A stretch of 64,000 bases of DNA from an uncultured Halanaerobiales bacterium. GTDB lineage: Bacteria; Bacillota; Halanaerobiia; Halanaerobiales; M55B127. The stretch lies in NCBI GenBank assembly GCA_913055675.1, contig CAJXKY010000001.1, forward strand, positions 11,094-75,093. Reading direction: 5' to 3'. Positions 49,159-59,210 of the stretch are shown here, piece by piece. Numbering within the stretch: position 1 is the first letter of the stretch; each line of letters opens with the position of its first letter. Below the pieces are notes generated by a model that was not told where the DNA came from, did no database searches, and saw only the letters and a program-made list of their open reading frames with translations. The translations under genes were made by a program, and so were the position numbers.

Positions 49159-50181
49159 ATGAGAAAAACTACAATTAAAGATGTAGCAAAAAAAGCAGAA
49201 GTATCTGTCGCAACAGTTTCAAGGACTTTAAATGATCCAGACTCAGTTAAAAAAAGTACAAGAGAGAAAGTTTTAGATACTGTTGAAAAAATGGAATATG
49301 ATCCTAATCCAGTAGCTAAGGCTTTACGTTTAAATAAGGTCAATTCAATTGGATTGATAGTTCCTAATATAACTAATACAAGTATGGCAGAAATAATCAG
49401 AGGTGCACATGAAGAACTCGGAGACCATGGATATAATACAGTGTTATTTAATTCAGGAGAAGATTTTAGACGAGAGGAACATTTTTGTGAAATTATACAA
49501 AATACAATGGTCGATGGGGTAATATTCGTTACTGGTACTGGAGCTACTCCTCCTGTTGAGATGTTATCATCTGATTTAGCAGCATGTTTAATTAATCGCA
49601 AGTCAGAATTGGAATATGTGGACCAAGTTATGGCCGATGAAGAAGAAGGAATGAAGTTATTAACCTATCATTTTAATAGAATGGGCCACAAAAGGATTGG
49701 CTTTATAACTGGTAATCAACAAACATCTGCAACGAAAAATAAGCTTAAAGGGTATAAGAATTTCTTTGAAAATAATGAATTAGAGTTTAACAATGAATAT
49801 GTTGTTTCAGGTAATTGGACAATTGAAGGTGCTTTTCTTGCTATGAAAGAATTATTGGGGCTTAAAGAAAAACCAACTGCTGTAATTATAGGTACAGACA
49901 CTATGGCTTTAGGAGCTCTTAGTGCTATTAGAGATAGTGGGCTTTCTATACCTGAAGATATTGCAATAAGTGGTTTTGATAATTCACCAAGTAGTGAATA
50001 TTATACCCCACCTTTAACAACATTAAAATATCCAAATTATAAATTGGGTAAACTTTCAGCTCGATCAATATTAAATAGATTAGAAAATCCCGATAGAGAG
50101 AAAAAAAACATCAATATTCCTTTGGATATAATGATTAGAAAATCTTGTGGATATCGTATAGGTTTTGACCAAAATCGTTAA
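49159..50181 (+). CDS. LacI family transcriptional regulator
   Basis: N-terminal HTH TIKDVAKKAEVSVATVSRTLN plus a periplasmic-binding-fold sugar-binding domain. Confidence 0.9.
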   Translation: MRKTTIKDVAKKAEVSVATVSRTLNDPDSVKKSTREKVLDTVEKMEYDPNPVAKALRLNKVNSIGLIVPNITNTSMAEIIRGAHEELGDHGYNTVLFNSGEDFRREEHFCEIIQNTMVDGVIFVTGTGATPPVEMLSSDLAACLINRKSELEYVDQVMADEEEGMKLLTYHFNRMGHKRIGFITGNQQTSATKNKLKGYKNFFENNELEFNNEYVVSGNWTIEGAFLAMKELLGLKEKPTAVIIGTDTMALGALSAIRDSGLSIPEDIAISGFDNSPSSEYYTPPLTTLKYPNYKLGKLSARSILNRLENPDREKKNINIPLDIMIRKSCGYRIGFDQNR

Positions 50182-50195
50182 AAGGTTGTGTAAAA

Positions 50196-50471
50196 ATGAA
50201 AATTGAAGTTAAGTATTTCAATATTGTTCAGATGAAATTAGATAAAAAGAAGGATGAGATTGATTTAAAACCCGGTAGTGGTATTTATGATTTAATAGAA
50301 AAGTTAGCTGAGATAAATGGTCCAAAATTGAATAATATAATATTGGATAATAACGGGGAGATTAAATCATATATTAAAATATATAGAAACAAAAAATTAT
50401 TATCTGATTATAAAGTTGAACTTTCAGACCGCGATACAGTAAATATATTTATGGCAGTAGCAGGTGGTTAA
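50196..50471 (+). CDS. MoaD/ThiS-family ubiquitin-like small protein (C-terminal GG)
   Basis: 91 aa, beta-grasp-like, ending ...FMAVAGG. Confidence 0.7.
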   Translation: MKIEVKYFNIVQMKLDKKKDEIDLKPGSGIYDLIEKLAEINGPKLNNIILDNNGEIKSYIKIYRNKKLLSDYKVELSDRDTVNIFMAVAGG

Positions 50472-50495
50472 CAAATATAAAATGGGGTGCTAAAT

Positions 50496-51899
50496 ATGAT
50501 TGATAAGTTAATAAAAAATTCTACTTTAATTACAGTTAATAAAAATAGAGAAATATTAAAAAATCATTCAATTGCAGTAAAAGATAAAAAAATTGTAGAT
50601 ATTGCTGAAAATGGTAAACTAGAAAAAAAATATAATGGAAATTATAAAGTGATAAATGGGGAAGGTAAATATGTATTTCCAGGATTGATAAATACTCATA
50701 CACATCTTTTTCAAACTCTTTTAAAAGGAATGGGAGATAATATGTCATTAGAAGATTGGTTTCCTAAAATGACAGCTCCCAGTGCAGTACATTTAAAAAA
50801 AGAAGATATGTATGCTGCCGCTAGATTGGGTATATTAGAAACCATTCAAAGTGGTACTACTACACTTTTAGATTACATGTATGCTCATCCCCAACCTGAA
50901 TTATCTGATCCGGTTATTGAAGCATTTAAGGAATTAAAATTAAGAGGTATTTTTGGTAGAGGAACACATAACACTGGACAGCAATTTGGAAATCCTGAAG
51001 GAATAATTCAGGACATTGATACTATAGAAGATGATGCTAGAAGATTGTTAGATAAGCATCATAATTCAGAAGGGGGAAGAATCAAAGTTTGGTTAGCTCC
51101 AGCAGCAATTTGGACCAATAGTAAAAAATTATTAAAAGTATTATGGGAACTAACACAAGAGTATAATACTGGTTTAACTGCTCATATTTCTGAAACCCCT
51201 TTTGATAGACAAGCTTCACAAGAAATACATGGTAATTCGGACATTAAAGTATTAGAAGAATTGGGTATTGTTGGTCCTGAAGTACTTTTAGTTCATTGTG
51301 TACATTTAACTGATCGAGACAAAAGAATGATCAAACACTATGATATGAAAGTTTCTCATAATCCGGTAAGTAATATGTATTTAGCCTCAGGAGTGGCAGA
51401 TATTCCAGGAATGATTGAAAGAGAAATTCAAGTATCTTTAGCTACTGATGGTCCGGCCAGTAATAATTCTCAAGACATGATAGAAGTACTAAAATCAACT
51501 GCATTATTACATAAAGTAAGTAATATGGATCCTACTATAATTACTGCTGAGAAAGTTTTAGAAATGGCAACTATTGATGGAGCAAAAACTTTAGGTATGG
51601 AAGATGAAATTGGTTCTATTGAGGTAGGTAAAAAAGCTGATTTATTTATTTATAATCCGAAACTTTCTGCAAAATCTATTCCTATGAACCATCCGGTTTC
51701 TACCCTTGTATATTCAGGAAGTGATAGATGTGTAGAAACGGTACTAGTAGATGGAAACATAATATTCGATCAAGGTAAATTAATAACTGGAGATCAGGAA
51801 AAGATTATTAACCAAGGACAAAAAGCCGCAAATGGTTTAGCAAAGAGAGCTGGTTTAGAACATATTAAAAACCGAGAATGGTCTTCGATTGCTTTTTAG
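50496..51899 (+). CDS. amidohydrolase (MtaD/SsnA/guanine-deaminase-like chlorohydrolase family)
   Basis: PGLINTHTHLFQT metal-binding motif, HISE, and VHCVH...SLATDG. Confidence 0.8.
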   Translation: MIDKLIKNSTLITVNKNREILKNHSIAVKDKKIVDIAENGKLEKKYNGNYKVINGEGKYVFPGLINTHTHLFQTLLKGMGDNMSLEDWFPKMTAPSAVHLKKEDMYAAARLGILETIQSGTTTLLDYMYAHPQPELSDPVIEAFKELKLRGIFGRGTHNTGQQFGNPEGIIQDIDTIEDDARRLLDKHHNSEGGRIKVWLAPAAIWTNSKKLLKVLWELTQEYNTGLTAHISETPFDRQASQEIHGNSDIKVLEELGIVGPEVLLVHCVHLTDRDKRMIKHYDMKVSHNPVSNMYLASGVADIPGMIEREIQVSLATDGPASNNSQDMIEVLKSTALLHKVSNMDPTIITAEKVLEMATIDGAKTLGMEDEIGSIEVGKKADLFIYNPKLSAKSIPMNHPVSTLVYSGSDRCVETVLVDGNIIFDQGKLITGDQEKIINQGQKAANGLAKRAGLEHIKNREWSSIAF

Positions 51900-51959
51900 A
51901 AAATATAATTTGATGGGATAATTTCCAAATATCCATTAATTATTTAGGAGGATAAAACG

Positions 51960-52919
51960 ATGAGTGAGAAACTTGATTTGCCAAAAGTAGATTTTGATAT
52001 CGACTCTTTAAAATTAGATGTTTTATTTGAAAATGAGGATTATTTAAAAGAATCAAAAAGGGATTCTTTAGTAAATAATACCCCCAGTAAAATAGATAAA
52101 ATTTATGGAAACTTATTTATGCCGTTATCCAATGGAGATTTTCCTCATGTATATTCAAGTTTTGTTTACTCCCTGGATGGTAAAATAGGTTTTCCAGATT
52201 TACCTGAAGGGCCTTTAGTTTCCAGTAAAAATGAACTTGATCCTGAAGGAGGTAAAGCAGATTTTTGGTTGTTAAATGTACTTCGTACTTATGCTGATAT
52301 AGTTATTAGGGGTGCTAAAACATTAGAAGCAGAAGAGGAAGGTACTGGCCATATTTTTGATGATGATTTAATAGATATAAGAAAAAGCAAACTTAAAAAA
52401 AGAAATGACCACCCAATAAATTTAATTGTTTCTCTAGATGGAACAGATATTCCCTTGAATCATAAAGTGTTCCAAGTACCAGAAATAACAGTATGGATTA
52501 ACACTTCCCCTAATGGTGTTAAATATTTAAAGAAAAACTGGGAAAAAGAATTCACTGTTTTGCATGACTTTGAAAACAAACAATGGAAGCAAAAAATCAA
52601 GAATGCTAAAAAGGGTGATATTTTAGTAATCTGCACTGGTAAAGAAAATAATACAGATGCCATACATTTATTAAAGATTTTAAAAGAAATTGGGATGGAA
52701 CAAATAAGTGTTGAATCTCCATCCTATACATGGCATTTAATGAAAAATAATTTAGTTGATGAGATGTTTATAAATTATTCTAGCTTGTATATAGGAGGAG
52801 AGATGACATTTGGTTTAAATGATCCCTTCACAAGTGAAGACCATCCACATGCAAAAATTGTTAAGTTAGCAATGCATAATTCTGCATTCCTATATACTCG
52901 TCAAAAGATGCTTTATTAA
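51960..52919 (+). CDS. RibD C-terminal domain (dihydrofolate-reductase-like) family protein
   Basis: VYSSFVYSLDGKIGFPD...ADIVIRGAKT...pattern resembles RibD_C pyrimidine reductases. It is separate from the true ribD at 39302. Confidence 0.6.
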   Translation: MSEKLDLPKVDFDIDSLKLDVLFENEDYLKESKRDSLVNNTPSKIDKIYGNLFMPLSNGDFPHVYSSFVYSLDGKIGFPDLPEGPLVSSKNELDPEGGKADFWLLNVLRTYADIVIRGAKTLEAEEEGTGHIFDDDLIDIRKSKLKKRNDHPINLIVSLDGTDIPLNHKVFQVPEITVWINTSPNGVKYLKKNWEKEFTVLHDFENKQWKQKIKNAKKGDILVICTGKENNTDAIHLLKILKEIGMEQISVESPSYTWHLMKNNLVDEMFINYSSLYIGGEMTFGLNDPFTSEDHPHAKIVKLAMHNSAFLYTRQKMLY

Positions 52920-53030
52920 TATATGAATATATTTTTAATATTTTGAAAAATAATATTATTTATATAATTCAGGCAGGAATTTGTGTATAAATATTTAATA
53001 ATATAATATAGTATAAATTATAAAATAGAT

Positions 53031-53127
53031 TTTAAATACTTTTTTAAATTAAGTAATTAATAGAATATTTATTTACATTCTTGAATATATTTTTTATTTA
53101 AATACTTTTTTAAATTAAGTAATTAAT
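53031..53127. repeat. perfect 31-bp direct repeat, two copies 66 bp apart
   Basis: TTTAAATACTTTTTTAAATTAAGTAATTAAT occurs at 53031-53061 and 53097-53127, immediately upstream of the AOR-2 RBS. Confidence 0.85.
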
Positions 53128-53146
53128 TATAAGGAGGTACATAATT

Positions 53147-55009
53147 ATGGGAAAAGGTTATAATGGCAAGATTCTTAGAGTTAATTTAAATGATCATACT
53201 TGTGAAATAGAAAAAAAAGAAGAAAAATTCTATCGGAAATATCTTGGTGGTCGTAATTTTATTGCTCACTTTCTATTAAAAGAACTTGAACCCGGAATTG
53301 ATCCACTTGGTCCAGAGAATATAATGGTTTTTGCTCCTGGTATTTTGACGGGTTCTCCAATTGGGGGAACAGGTAGAAATAGTGTAGGTGCTAAATCGCC
53401 GTTAACAGGCTATTATGGAGAAGCAGAAGCGGGTGGATATTTTGGTGCTGAGTTAAAAAAAGCAGGTTTTGATGCATTAATAATAGAGGGTAAATCTGAC
53501 ACGCCGGTTTATCTTTGGATTAAAGATGAAGAAGTACATATTAAAGATGCTACTGAACTTCAAGGAAAGAAAATTGCCGAAGTTCAAAAGGATATTGAAA
53601 AAGAGACTGGAGAAAGTGCTGTTCGAACAGCTTTGATTGGTCCTGGCGGAGAAAATGAAGTTAAGTTTGCCAGTATAATGAACGATATTACTCATGCCTA
53701 TGGTAGGACAGGCATGGGAGCAGTTATGGGTTCGAAAAACTTAAAAGGAGTAGCTGTTAAAGCTAACAATAGGCTTGATTTTCATGACAGAGATCAAGTT
53801 TTAGAAATTGCAAAATGGTTAAATGAAAACGTTGATGAATATTGTGGATGGGCAGTAGAAATGGGAACTCCTGGATCTATTATGGATCATAATATGGGGG
53901 ATGGACTTCCAACAAGAAATTTCAATGAAGCCAGTTTTGAAAATGCCCAAGATATTTCTGGTGAGGAAATGCATTCTACTATATTAGTTGGGAGAGATAC
54001 TTGTTATGCCTGTCCAGTTAGATGCAAACAGGTGGTAGAGGTAGAAGAACCATATAATGTAGATAGAGTATATGGAGGGCCTGAATATGAAACTCTTACA
54101 TCTTTTGGTTCTATGTGTGGGGTTTCAGATTTAAAAGCTGTTGCTAAGGCTAATGAGATTTGTAATGCTTATACATTAGATACTATATCGACAGGTGGAG
54201 CAATTGCTTTTGCAATGGAATGTTTTGAGAAAGGAATTATTGATAAAAAAGCGACCAATGGTATGGAATTAGTTTTTGGTAATGGGGAAGCCATGGTTAA
54301 GTTAACAAAACAAATAGCTAACCGCGAAGGTCTCGGAGATATTTTAGCAGATGGAATTAGGCAAGCGGCTAAAACGTTTGGTAATGGGGCAGAAAAATTA
54401 GCGGTAGAAGTAAAGGGGCAGTCAGTTCCTTATCATGAGCCCAGAACAAAGAAAGGTACAGCTTTAGGTTATGCACTTTCTCCAACTGGTGCTGATCATG
54501 TTCATAATATATTAGATGACTTTTATGTGCCTGGTAGTTTTGCTATTGATGAAATCAAGGCTCTTGGCATTTCTGAAGGTTTACCAATGGAACAATTAGA
54601 TTACCAGAAAGTAAGAATGTATGCTTATCGAGTAATGTGGACAAGTTTATTAAACTCATTAGTTATGTGTTTATTTATGCCTTTCACATACGAACAACAG
54701 GTAGAAATGGTTAATGCTGTTACAGGTTGGAATACCACCACATTTGATTTAGCTAAAATTGGAGAAAGAAGCATCAACTTAACTAGAGTATTTAATTTAC
54801 GTGAAGGACTAACAGCTAAAGAAGATACACTCCCTGATAAAATGTTTGAAGTGGGCATTTTTGATGATGATAGAAAAGTAGATAGGAAAAAATTTAAAGA
54901 AGCTGTGCAAACATATTATAAAATGATGGGATGGACCAGAAAAGAAGGTAAACCGGAAAAAGAAAAATTAATGGAACTTGATATTGAATGGGCGAATGAG
55001 TATATTTAA
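53147..55009 (+). CDS. aldehyde:ferredoxin oxidoreductase family protein (tungstopterin type), paralog 2
   Basis: 620 aa. ILRVNLND..YLGGRNF, TCYACPVRC, GGPEYETL, DTISTGG and the C-terminal AOR domains. Confidence 0.9.
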   Translation: MGKGYNGKILRVNLNDHTCEIEKKEEKFYRKYLGGRNFIAHFLLKELEPGIDPLGPENIMVFAPGILTGSPIGGTGRNSVGAKSPLTGYYGEAEAGGYFGAELKKAGFDALIIEGKSDTPVYLWIKDEEVHIKDATELQGKKIAEVQKDIEKETGESAVRTALIGPGGENEVKFASIMNDITHAYGRTGMGAVMGSKNLKGVAVKANNRLDFHDRDQVLEIAKWLNENVDEYCGWAVEMGTPGSIMDHNMGDGLPTRNFNEASFENAQDISGEEMHSTILVGRDTCYACPVRCKQVVEVEEPYNVDRVYGGPEYETLTSFGSMCGVSDLKAVAKANEICNAYTLDTISTGGAIAFAMECFEKGIIDKKATNGMELVFGNGEAMVKLTKQIANREGLGDILADGIRQAAKTFGNGAEKLAVEVKGQSVPYHEPRTKKGTALGYALSPTGADHVHNILDDFYVPGSFAIDEIKALGISEGLPMEQLDYQKVRMYAYRVMWTSLLNSLVMCLFMPFTYEQQVEMVNAVTGWNTTTFDLAKIGERSINLTRVFNLREGLTAKEDTLPDKMFEVGIFDDDRKVDRKKFKEAVQTYYKMMGWTRKEGKPEKEKLMELDIEWANEYI

Positions 55010-55038
55010 ACTTATAATAATGTAAGGAGTGTTAAATA

Positions 55039-57336
55039 TTGAATGCAAAACTGGAGAAAAACTCAGGGTACATATCATATAATATAGACGGAATGAAGAT
55101 CAAATTTCATAAAGATCCTTTCGCCGTAGAAATTACTAAAGATCAAACTTCTATTACTGGGAATTATAAAATGGAGGGGCAAGGATTTTATTTTAATCAT
55201 AAAAATGTAGAAAAGAGAGAATTTTTAAATATAATTGAAGGGTATGATTTTAATAATGGAAATTTAACTATAAAACTTTTAAGTAATAAAAATACAAAAG
55301 TCAGACTAAATGTGACAAAAAAATTAGATTATGTAGTTAATTTTACTTTTGAAAATATTTCGGATAAAAATGAGATTTCCAGTTTTGCTGCTGAGTGGCA
55401 AATAAATGAAGGAGATCATTTCTATGGGTTTGGAGAAAGATTTGGATCTATTGATAAAAAAGGAGAAAAAGTAGATTTATGGGTTGAAAATGGTTCATAT
55501 CCAGGCTCGACTTATAAGCCTATTCCCTTCTTTATGAGTCCCCGTGGGTATGGAATGATGATAGATACTGACCATCGTTGTATCTGTAAGATGGGTGAGA
55601 TAGACAATTCAAATAAATATTCCATAATCAACATGGATTCTCAGTTAGAAATAAACTTCATATATGGACCTGAAATGAAAGATATACTCGATAGATATCT
55701 AAAAATAGTTGGGAAACCCAGTTCTCCACAAAAGTATTTTTTTGGTCCCTGGAAATCCAGAGATTGGAAGGTTGAAAATCAAGAAAGTGTTTATGAAGAT
55801 CTCAATACACAACGAGAACTTAATATCTCAGGAACAATAAAATTAATAGATGCAGGTTGGGAAACCGAGTACCATACTTTTAAGTTTGATGAGAACAAAT
55901 ATCCTAATTACAAAAAAATGATTAATGATGCAAGCAAAAAAGGTTATAAAATTGTACTTTGGATTTCTCCCTGGCTAATGTCAGGAACTGAAGCTTATAA
56001 AAATGCTAAAGAAAAAGGCTACTTCATTAAAAAAGAGGATGGAAGTGTATATGTCAATAAACTAGGTAATTCACCAACCCTGCGTGGCTCAGTACTTGAT
56101 TTTACAAAGCCGAAAGTAGTTAAGTGGTGGCAGGATAATTTAAGAGAAGTAATGGAGCTTGGAATTGTAGGATTTAAAACTGATTTTGGTGAACAGGTGC
56201 CAGTTGATTCAGTATTTGACAATGGAAAAACAGGAGCAGAAATGCATAACATATTTCCTGAATTGTATAACCGATTAACTTGGGAAGTTGTTAAAGAAAA
56301 AGATGGTATACTTTTTGCTCGCTCTGCTTGGCATGGATCTCAAAAATATCCTGGTATTTGGGCTGGTGATCAGGCGCCAGGCTTTGCTCCATGGAGTGGT
56401 TTACCTAGTGTTATAAGTGCTGGACTTTCTGCTGGAATGTCTGGTTTCCCCTATTGGGCTAGCGATATAGGAGGTTACTTTGGAAAACCTTCTAAAGAAG
56501 TATTTATTAGGTGGGCTCAATTCGGTGCTTTCTCCCCAATAATGCAAATACATGGAAAAGGAGAACATGATCCCTGGAATTTTGATAGTGAAACCTTAAT
56601 TATCTATAAAAATTATGCTCAACTTCATATGAGATTATTATCTTATATTTATAAATATTCTAAAAGAGCAGCTCAAACAGGTGAACCAATAATGAAAGCT
56701 TTACCTTTTGCCTACCAAGATGATGAGAGAGTTCATAAACTTGAATGTGCACAATATGAATACTTATTTGGAGAAGAAATTTTAGTGGCTCCAATTTATT
56801 ATGGTGGAAATTTCAAAAGAATATATCTTCCAAAAGGAAAATGGATAGATTGGTGGACCGGCAATGAGTATGATGGTAACCAAGAAATCGAATATATTGC
56901 TAGTTTAAAAAGAATACCTTTATTTATTAAAAAAGGATCAATTATTCCACTCCTACCTGCTGGTATAGATACAATATTACCTGTAGAGAGTAAAAAAATA
57001 AAAAATGAAGAGGATAAGCTAATATATGAAATATATCCTTCTGAAGAAGCAACTTTTTCTCGGGATGATGGCTGTAAAATAAAGGTTAAGAAAATTAAAA
57101 ATCAAATTGAAATTAAAATTGAGAATTCTAGTCTAAAAGAAATGGAGTTGAATATTATTGATGCCTTAGATAAAGAAATAAAGAGTTTTTCAGGGTGTAA
57201 TATAATAGATACTGGTAAGGCATCCCCGGTTCTCTCCGAGGTTGATCCGGATAAAGTGCTACATGAAGGTTTTAAAATAGTAATTGCGCCTCAAAAAGAG
57301 GATATAAAAATAAAATTGGAAAGCGAGGAGAAATAA
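55039..57336 (+). CDS. glycoside hydrolase family 31 (alpha-glucosidase/xylosidase-like)
   Basis: VLWISPW, GFKTDFGE (nucleophile region), IWAGDQ, GFPYWASDIGGY. Confidence 0.85.
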   Translation: MNAKLEKNSGYISYNIDGMKIKFHKDPFAVEITKDQTSITGNYKMEGQGFYFNHKNVEKREFLNIIEGYDFNNGNLTIKLLSNKNTKVRLNVTKKLDYVVNFTFENISDKNEISSFAAEWQINEGDHFYGFGERFGSIDKKGEKVDLWVENGSYPGSTYKPIPFFMSPRGYGMMIDTDHRCICKMGEIDNSNKYSIINMDSQLEINFIYGPEMKDILDRYLKIVGKPSSPQKYFFGPWKSRDWKVENQESVYEDLNTQRELNISGTIKLIDAGWETEYHTFKFDENKYPNYKKMINDASKKGYKIVLWISPWLMSGTEAYKNAKEKGYFIKKEDGSVYVNKLGNSPTLRGSVLDFTKPKVVKWWQDNLREVMELGIVGFKTDFGEQVPVDSVFDNGKTGAEMHNIFPELYNRLTWEVVKEKDGILFARSAWHGSQKYPGIWAGDQAPGFAPWSGLPSVISAGLSAGMSGFPYWASDIGGYFGKPSKEVFIRWAQFGAFSPIMQIHGKGEHDPWNFDSETLIIYKNYAQLHMRLLSYIYKYSKRAAQTGEPIMKALPFAYQDDERVHKLECAQYEYLFGEEILVAPIYYGGNFKRIYLPKGKWIDWWTGNEYDGNQEIEYIASLKRIPLFIKKGSIIPLLPAGIDTILPVESKKIKNEEDKLIYEIYPSEEATFSRDDGCKIKVKKIKNQIEIKIENSSLKEMELNIIDALDKEIKSFSGCNIIDTGKASPVLSEVDPDKVLHEGFKIVIAPQKEDIKIKLESEEK

Positions 57337-58175
57337 TGCCATTAGTAGATACTAAAAATATTTTAAATAAAGCTAAAAATAGTAATTATGGTATAGGTTC
57401 TTTTAATATATATAATTTAGAAACGACACAAGCTGTAATGGATGCAGCGGAGGAAAATAAATCTCCTGTTATGATTCAAGCTTGGTCTGGAATTTTTGAG
57501 ATGGGTTTAGTAGAAATGGAAACACTTGTTTCCCTTGTTAAAACTAGAATTGGACTTTCGAAAGTTCCTGCCTCCTTACATTTAGATCATGGAGAAAAAT
57601 ATGAAACCATTTGTAAAGCTATTCGAGCAGGCTTCACTTCTGTTATGATTGATGCTTCTACTAAATCTCTAGAGGCAAATATTGCATTAACTAAAAAAGT
57701 TGTAGAAACTGCTCATGCTTCAGGAGTATCAGTTGAGGCGGAATTAGGCCATGTAGGTGAAGAAAAAGGAGATAGTGTTTTTACTGATCCTGATGAAGCT
57801 AAATACTTTGTTAAAGAAACTGATGTTGATTATTTAGCAATATCTATAGGAAGTATCCATGGATACAATGAAGACGATGTTAAATTAAATATAGAACTAC
57901 TAAGAAAAATCAAAGAAAAAATTGATATACCATTGGTTTTACATGGTTCTTCTTACTTATCAGGTGAAGAGTTAGGAAAAGCAGTTAAAAATGGAATTGA
58001 TAAAGTTAATATTAATACAGAAGTTAGTGTAGCAATGATAGAAGGATTTAAACAGGCATTGGCAGATAATCCAAACACCATATATAACAATATTTTTACC
58101 GATCAAGCAAAATATGAAATGGTAAAGGTAATAAAAGAAAAAATGAATATGTTAAATTCAAGTAATCAACTTTAG
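57336..58175 (+). CDS. class II (metal-dependent) ketose-bisphosphate aldolase family protein
   Basis: SLHLDHG, SVMIDAS, EAELGHVG, SIGSIHG, LVLHGSS. Confidence 0.85.
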   Translation: MPLVDTKNILNKAKNSNYGIGSFNIYNLETTQAVMDAAEENKSPVMIQAWSGIFEMGLVEMETLVSLVKTRIGLSKVPASLHLDHGEKYETICKAIRAGFTSVMIDASTKSLEANIALTKKVVETAHASGVSVEAELGHVGEEKGDSVFTDPDEAKYFVKETDVDYLAISIGSIHGYNEDDVKLNIELLRKIKEKIDIPLVLHGSSYLSGEELGKAVKNGIDKVNINTEVSVAMIEGFKQALADNPNTIYNNIFTDQAKYEMVKVIKEKMNMLNSSNQL

Positions 58176-58223
58176 TTGATATGGATTTGTTGTATGAATT
58201 AAAAATTTAAAGGGGTGTGGGTA

Positions 58224-59210
58224 ATGGATTTGGATGTTGTTGGAATTGGGGTACCTTGTGTAGACCTATTATTTAATATCGATCATTTACCGGATAAAGA
58301 TGAATCATTACCTATTCAGGAATATTCCTATCAAGGAGGTGGTAAGGTAGCTACTGCTCTTGTGACACTAGCTCGTTTGGGAGAACAAACAGGTTTTATA
58401 GGTAAGGTTGGTAATGATAAATTCGGGAAATTTGTTACAAAAGATTTTAAGGAACATGGGGTAGATACTATCCACTTAAAGTATGAGAAAGCGGGAAAGA
58501 CACCTTTTTCAGTAGTGTTAAGTGATCAAAAAACTAGTGGCAGAAATATTTTATATAATAAAGGTGAGCTAGAAACTTTAAATTATTCCGAAATAGATCT
58601 TGATTACATAAAACAGGCAGATTTTTTACATATGGCTTACCCTAGGAAATTAGAATATGAAATATTAAAAGAAATTGAAAATGAAGATATTACAACTATA
58701 TTTGATGCTGATTTTTTTGAAACTGCAATAATTGATCTTCTACCTTTTATCAATGTACTCATTACTTCGCAAGAGTTTGCAGAAGGGTATGGAGAAAGTT
58801 TAGACAACGAATTAGATAAATTTGAGGATATATTATTAAAATTGTCTCAGGAAGGACCGGAAATAGTTGTTATAACAATGGGTAAAGAAGGTTCATTAAT
58901 ATACTATGAGAATGAGGTTTTTCACCAGGAAGTTTTTTCAGTAGAAACCAAGGATACAACTGGAGCTGGTGATGTTTATCATGGAGCATTTATATATGGA
59001 TTATTAAATAACAAAAGTATAAAAGAGACTGCTAAGATTGCATCAGCAGTATCGGCAATCAAAACCACAGTAATTGGAGGACGAGCTGGAATTCCAACAG
59101 CTGGTGATTTAAATTATTTTTTAAAGAATAATGCAGTTAGAATAACCGACAAAAAACAGAGGATAAAAAATTATAGAAATAATTTTCATATTGGGAGTGA
59201 GTTAAAGTGA
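58224..59210 (+). CDS. PfkB/ribokinase-family sugar kinase
   Basis: GGKVATA and DTTGAGDVYHGAF motifs. Confidence 0.85.
   Translation: MDLDVVGIGVPCVDLLFNIDHLPDKDESLPIQEYSYQGGGKVATALVTLARLGEQTGFIGKVGNDKFGKFVTKDFKEHGVDTIHLKYEKAGKTPFSVVLSDQKTSGRNILYNKGELETLNYSEIDLDYIKQADFLHMAYPRKLEYEILKEIENEDITTIFDADFFETAIIDLLPFINVLITSQEFAEGYGESLDNELDKFEDILLKLSQEGPEIVVITMGKEGSLIYYENEVFHQEVFSVETKDTTGAGDVYHGAFIYGLLNNKSIKETAKIASAVSAIKTTVIGGRAGIPTAGDLNYFLKNNAVRITDKKQRIKNYRNNFHIGSELK

Noticed and set aside
55039-57336. GH31 enzyme as a sulfoquinovosidase, with the operon as a sulfoglycolysis pathway
   Set aside because: The gene set (GH31, isomerase, PfkB kinase, aldolase) superficially resembles sulfo-EMP. I could not find the Arg/Trp sulfonate-binding signature I recall for YihQ-type enzymes in the region after strand beta-3 (LIDAGWETEYHTFKFD). 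No sulfolactaldehyde reductase/dehydrogenase or sulfonate exporter is present.
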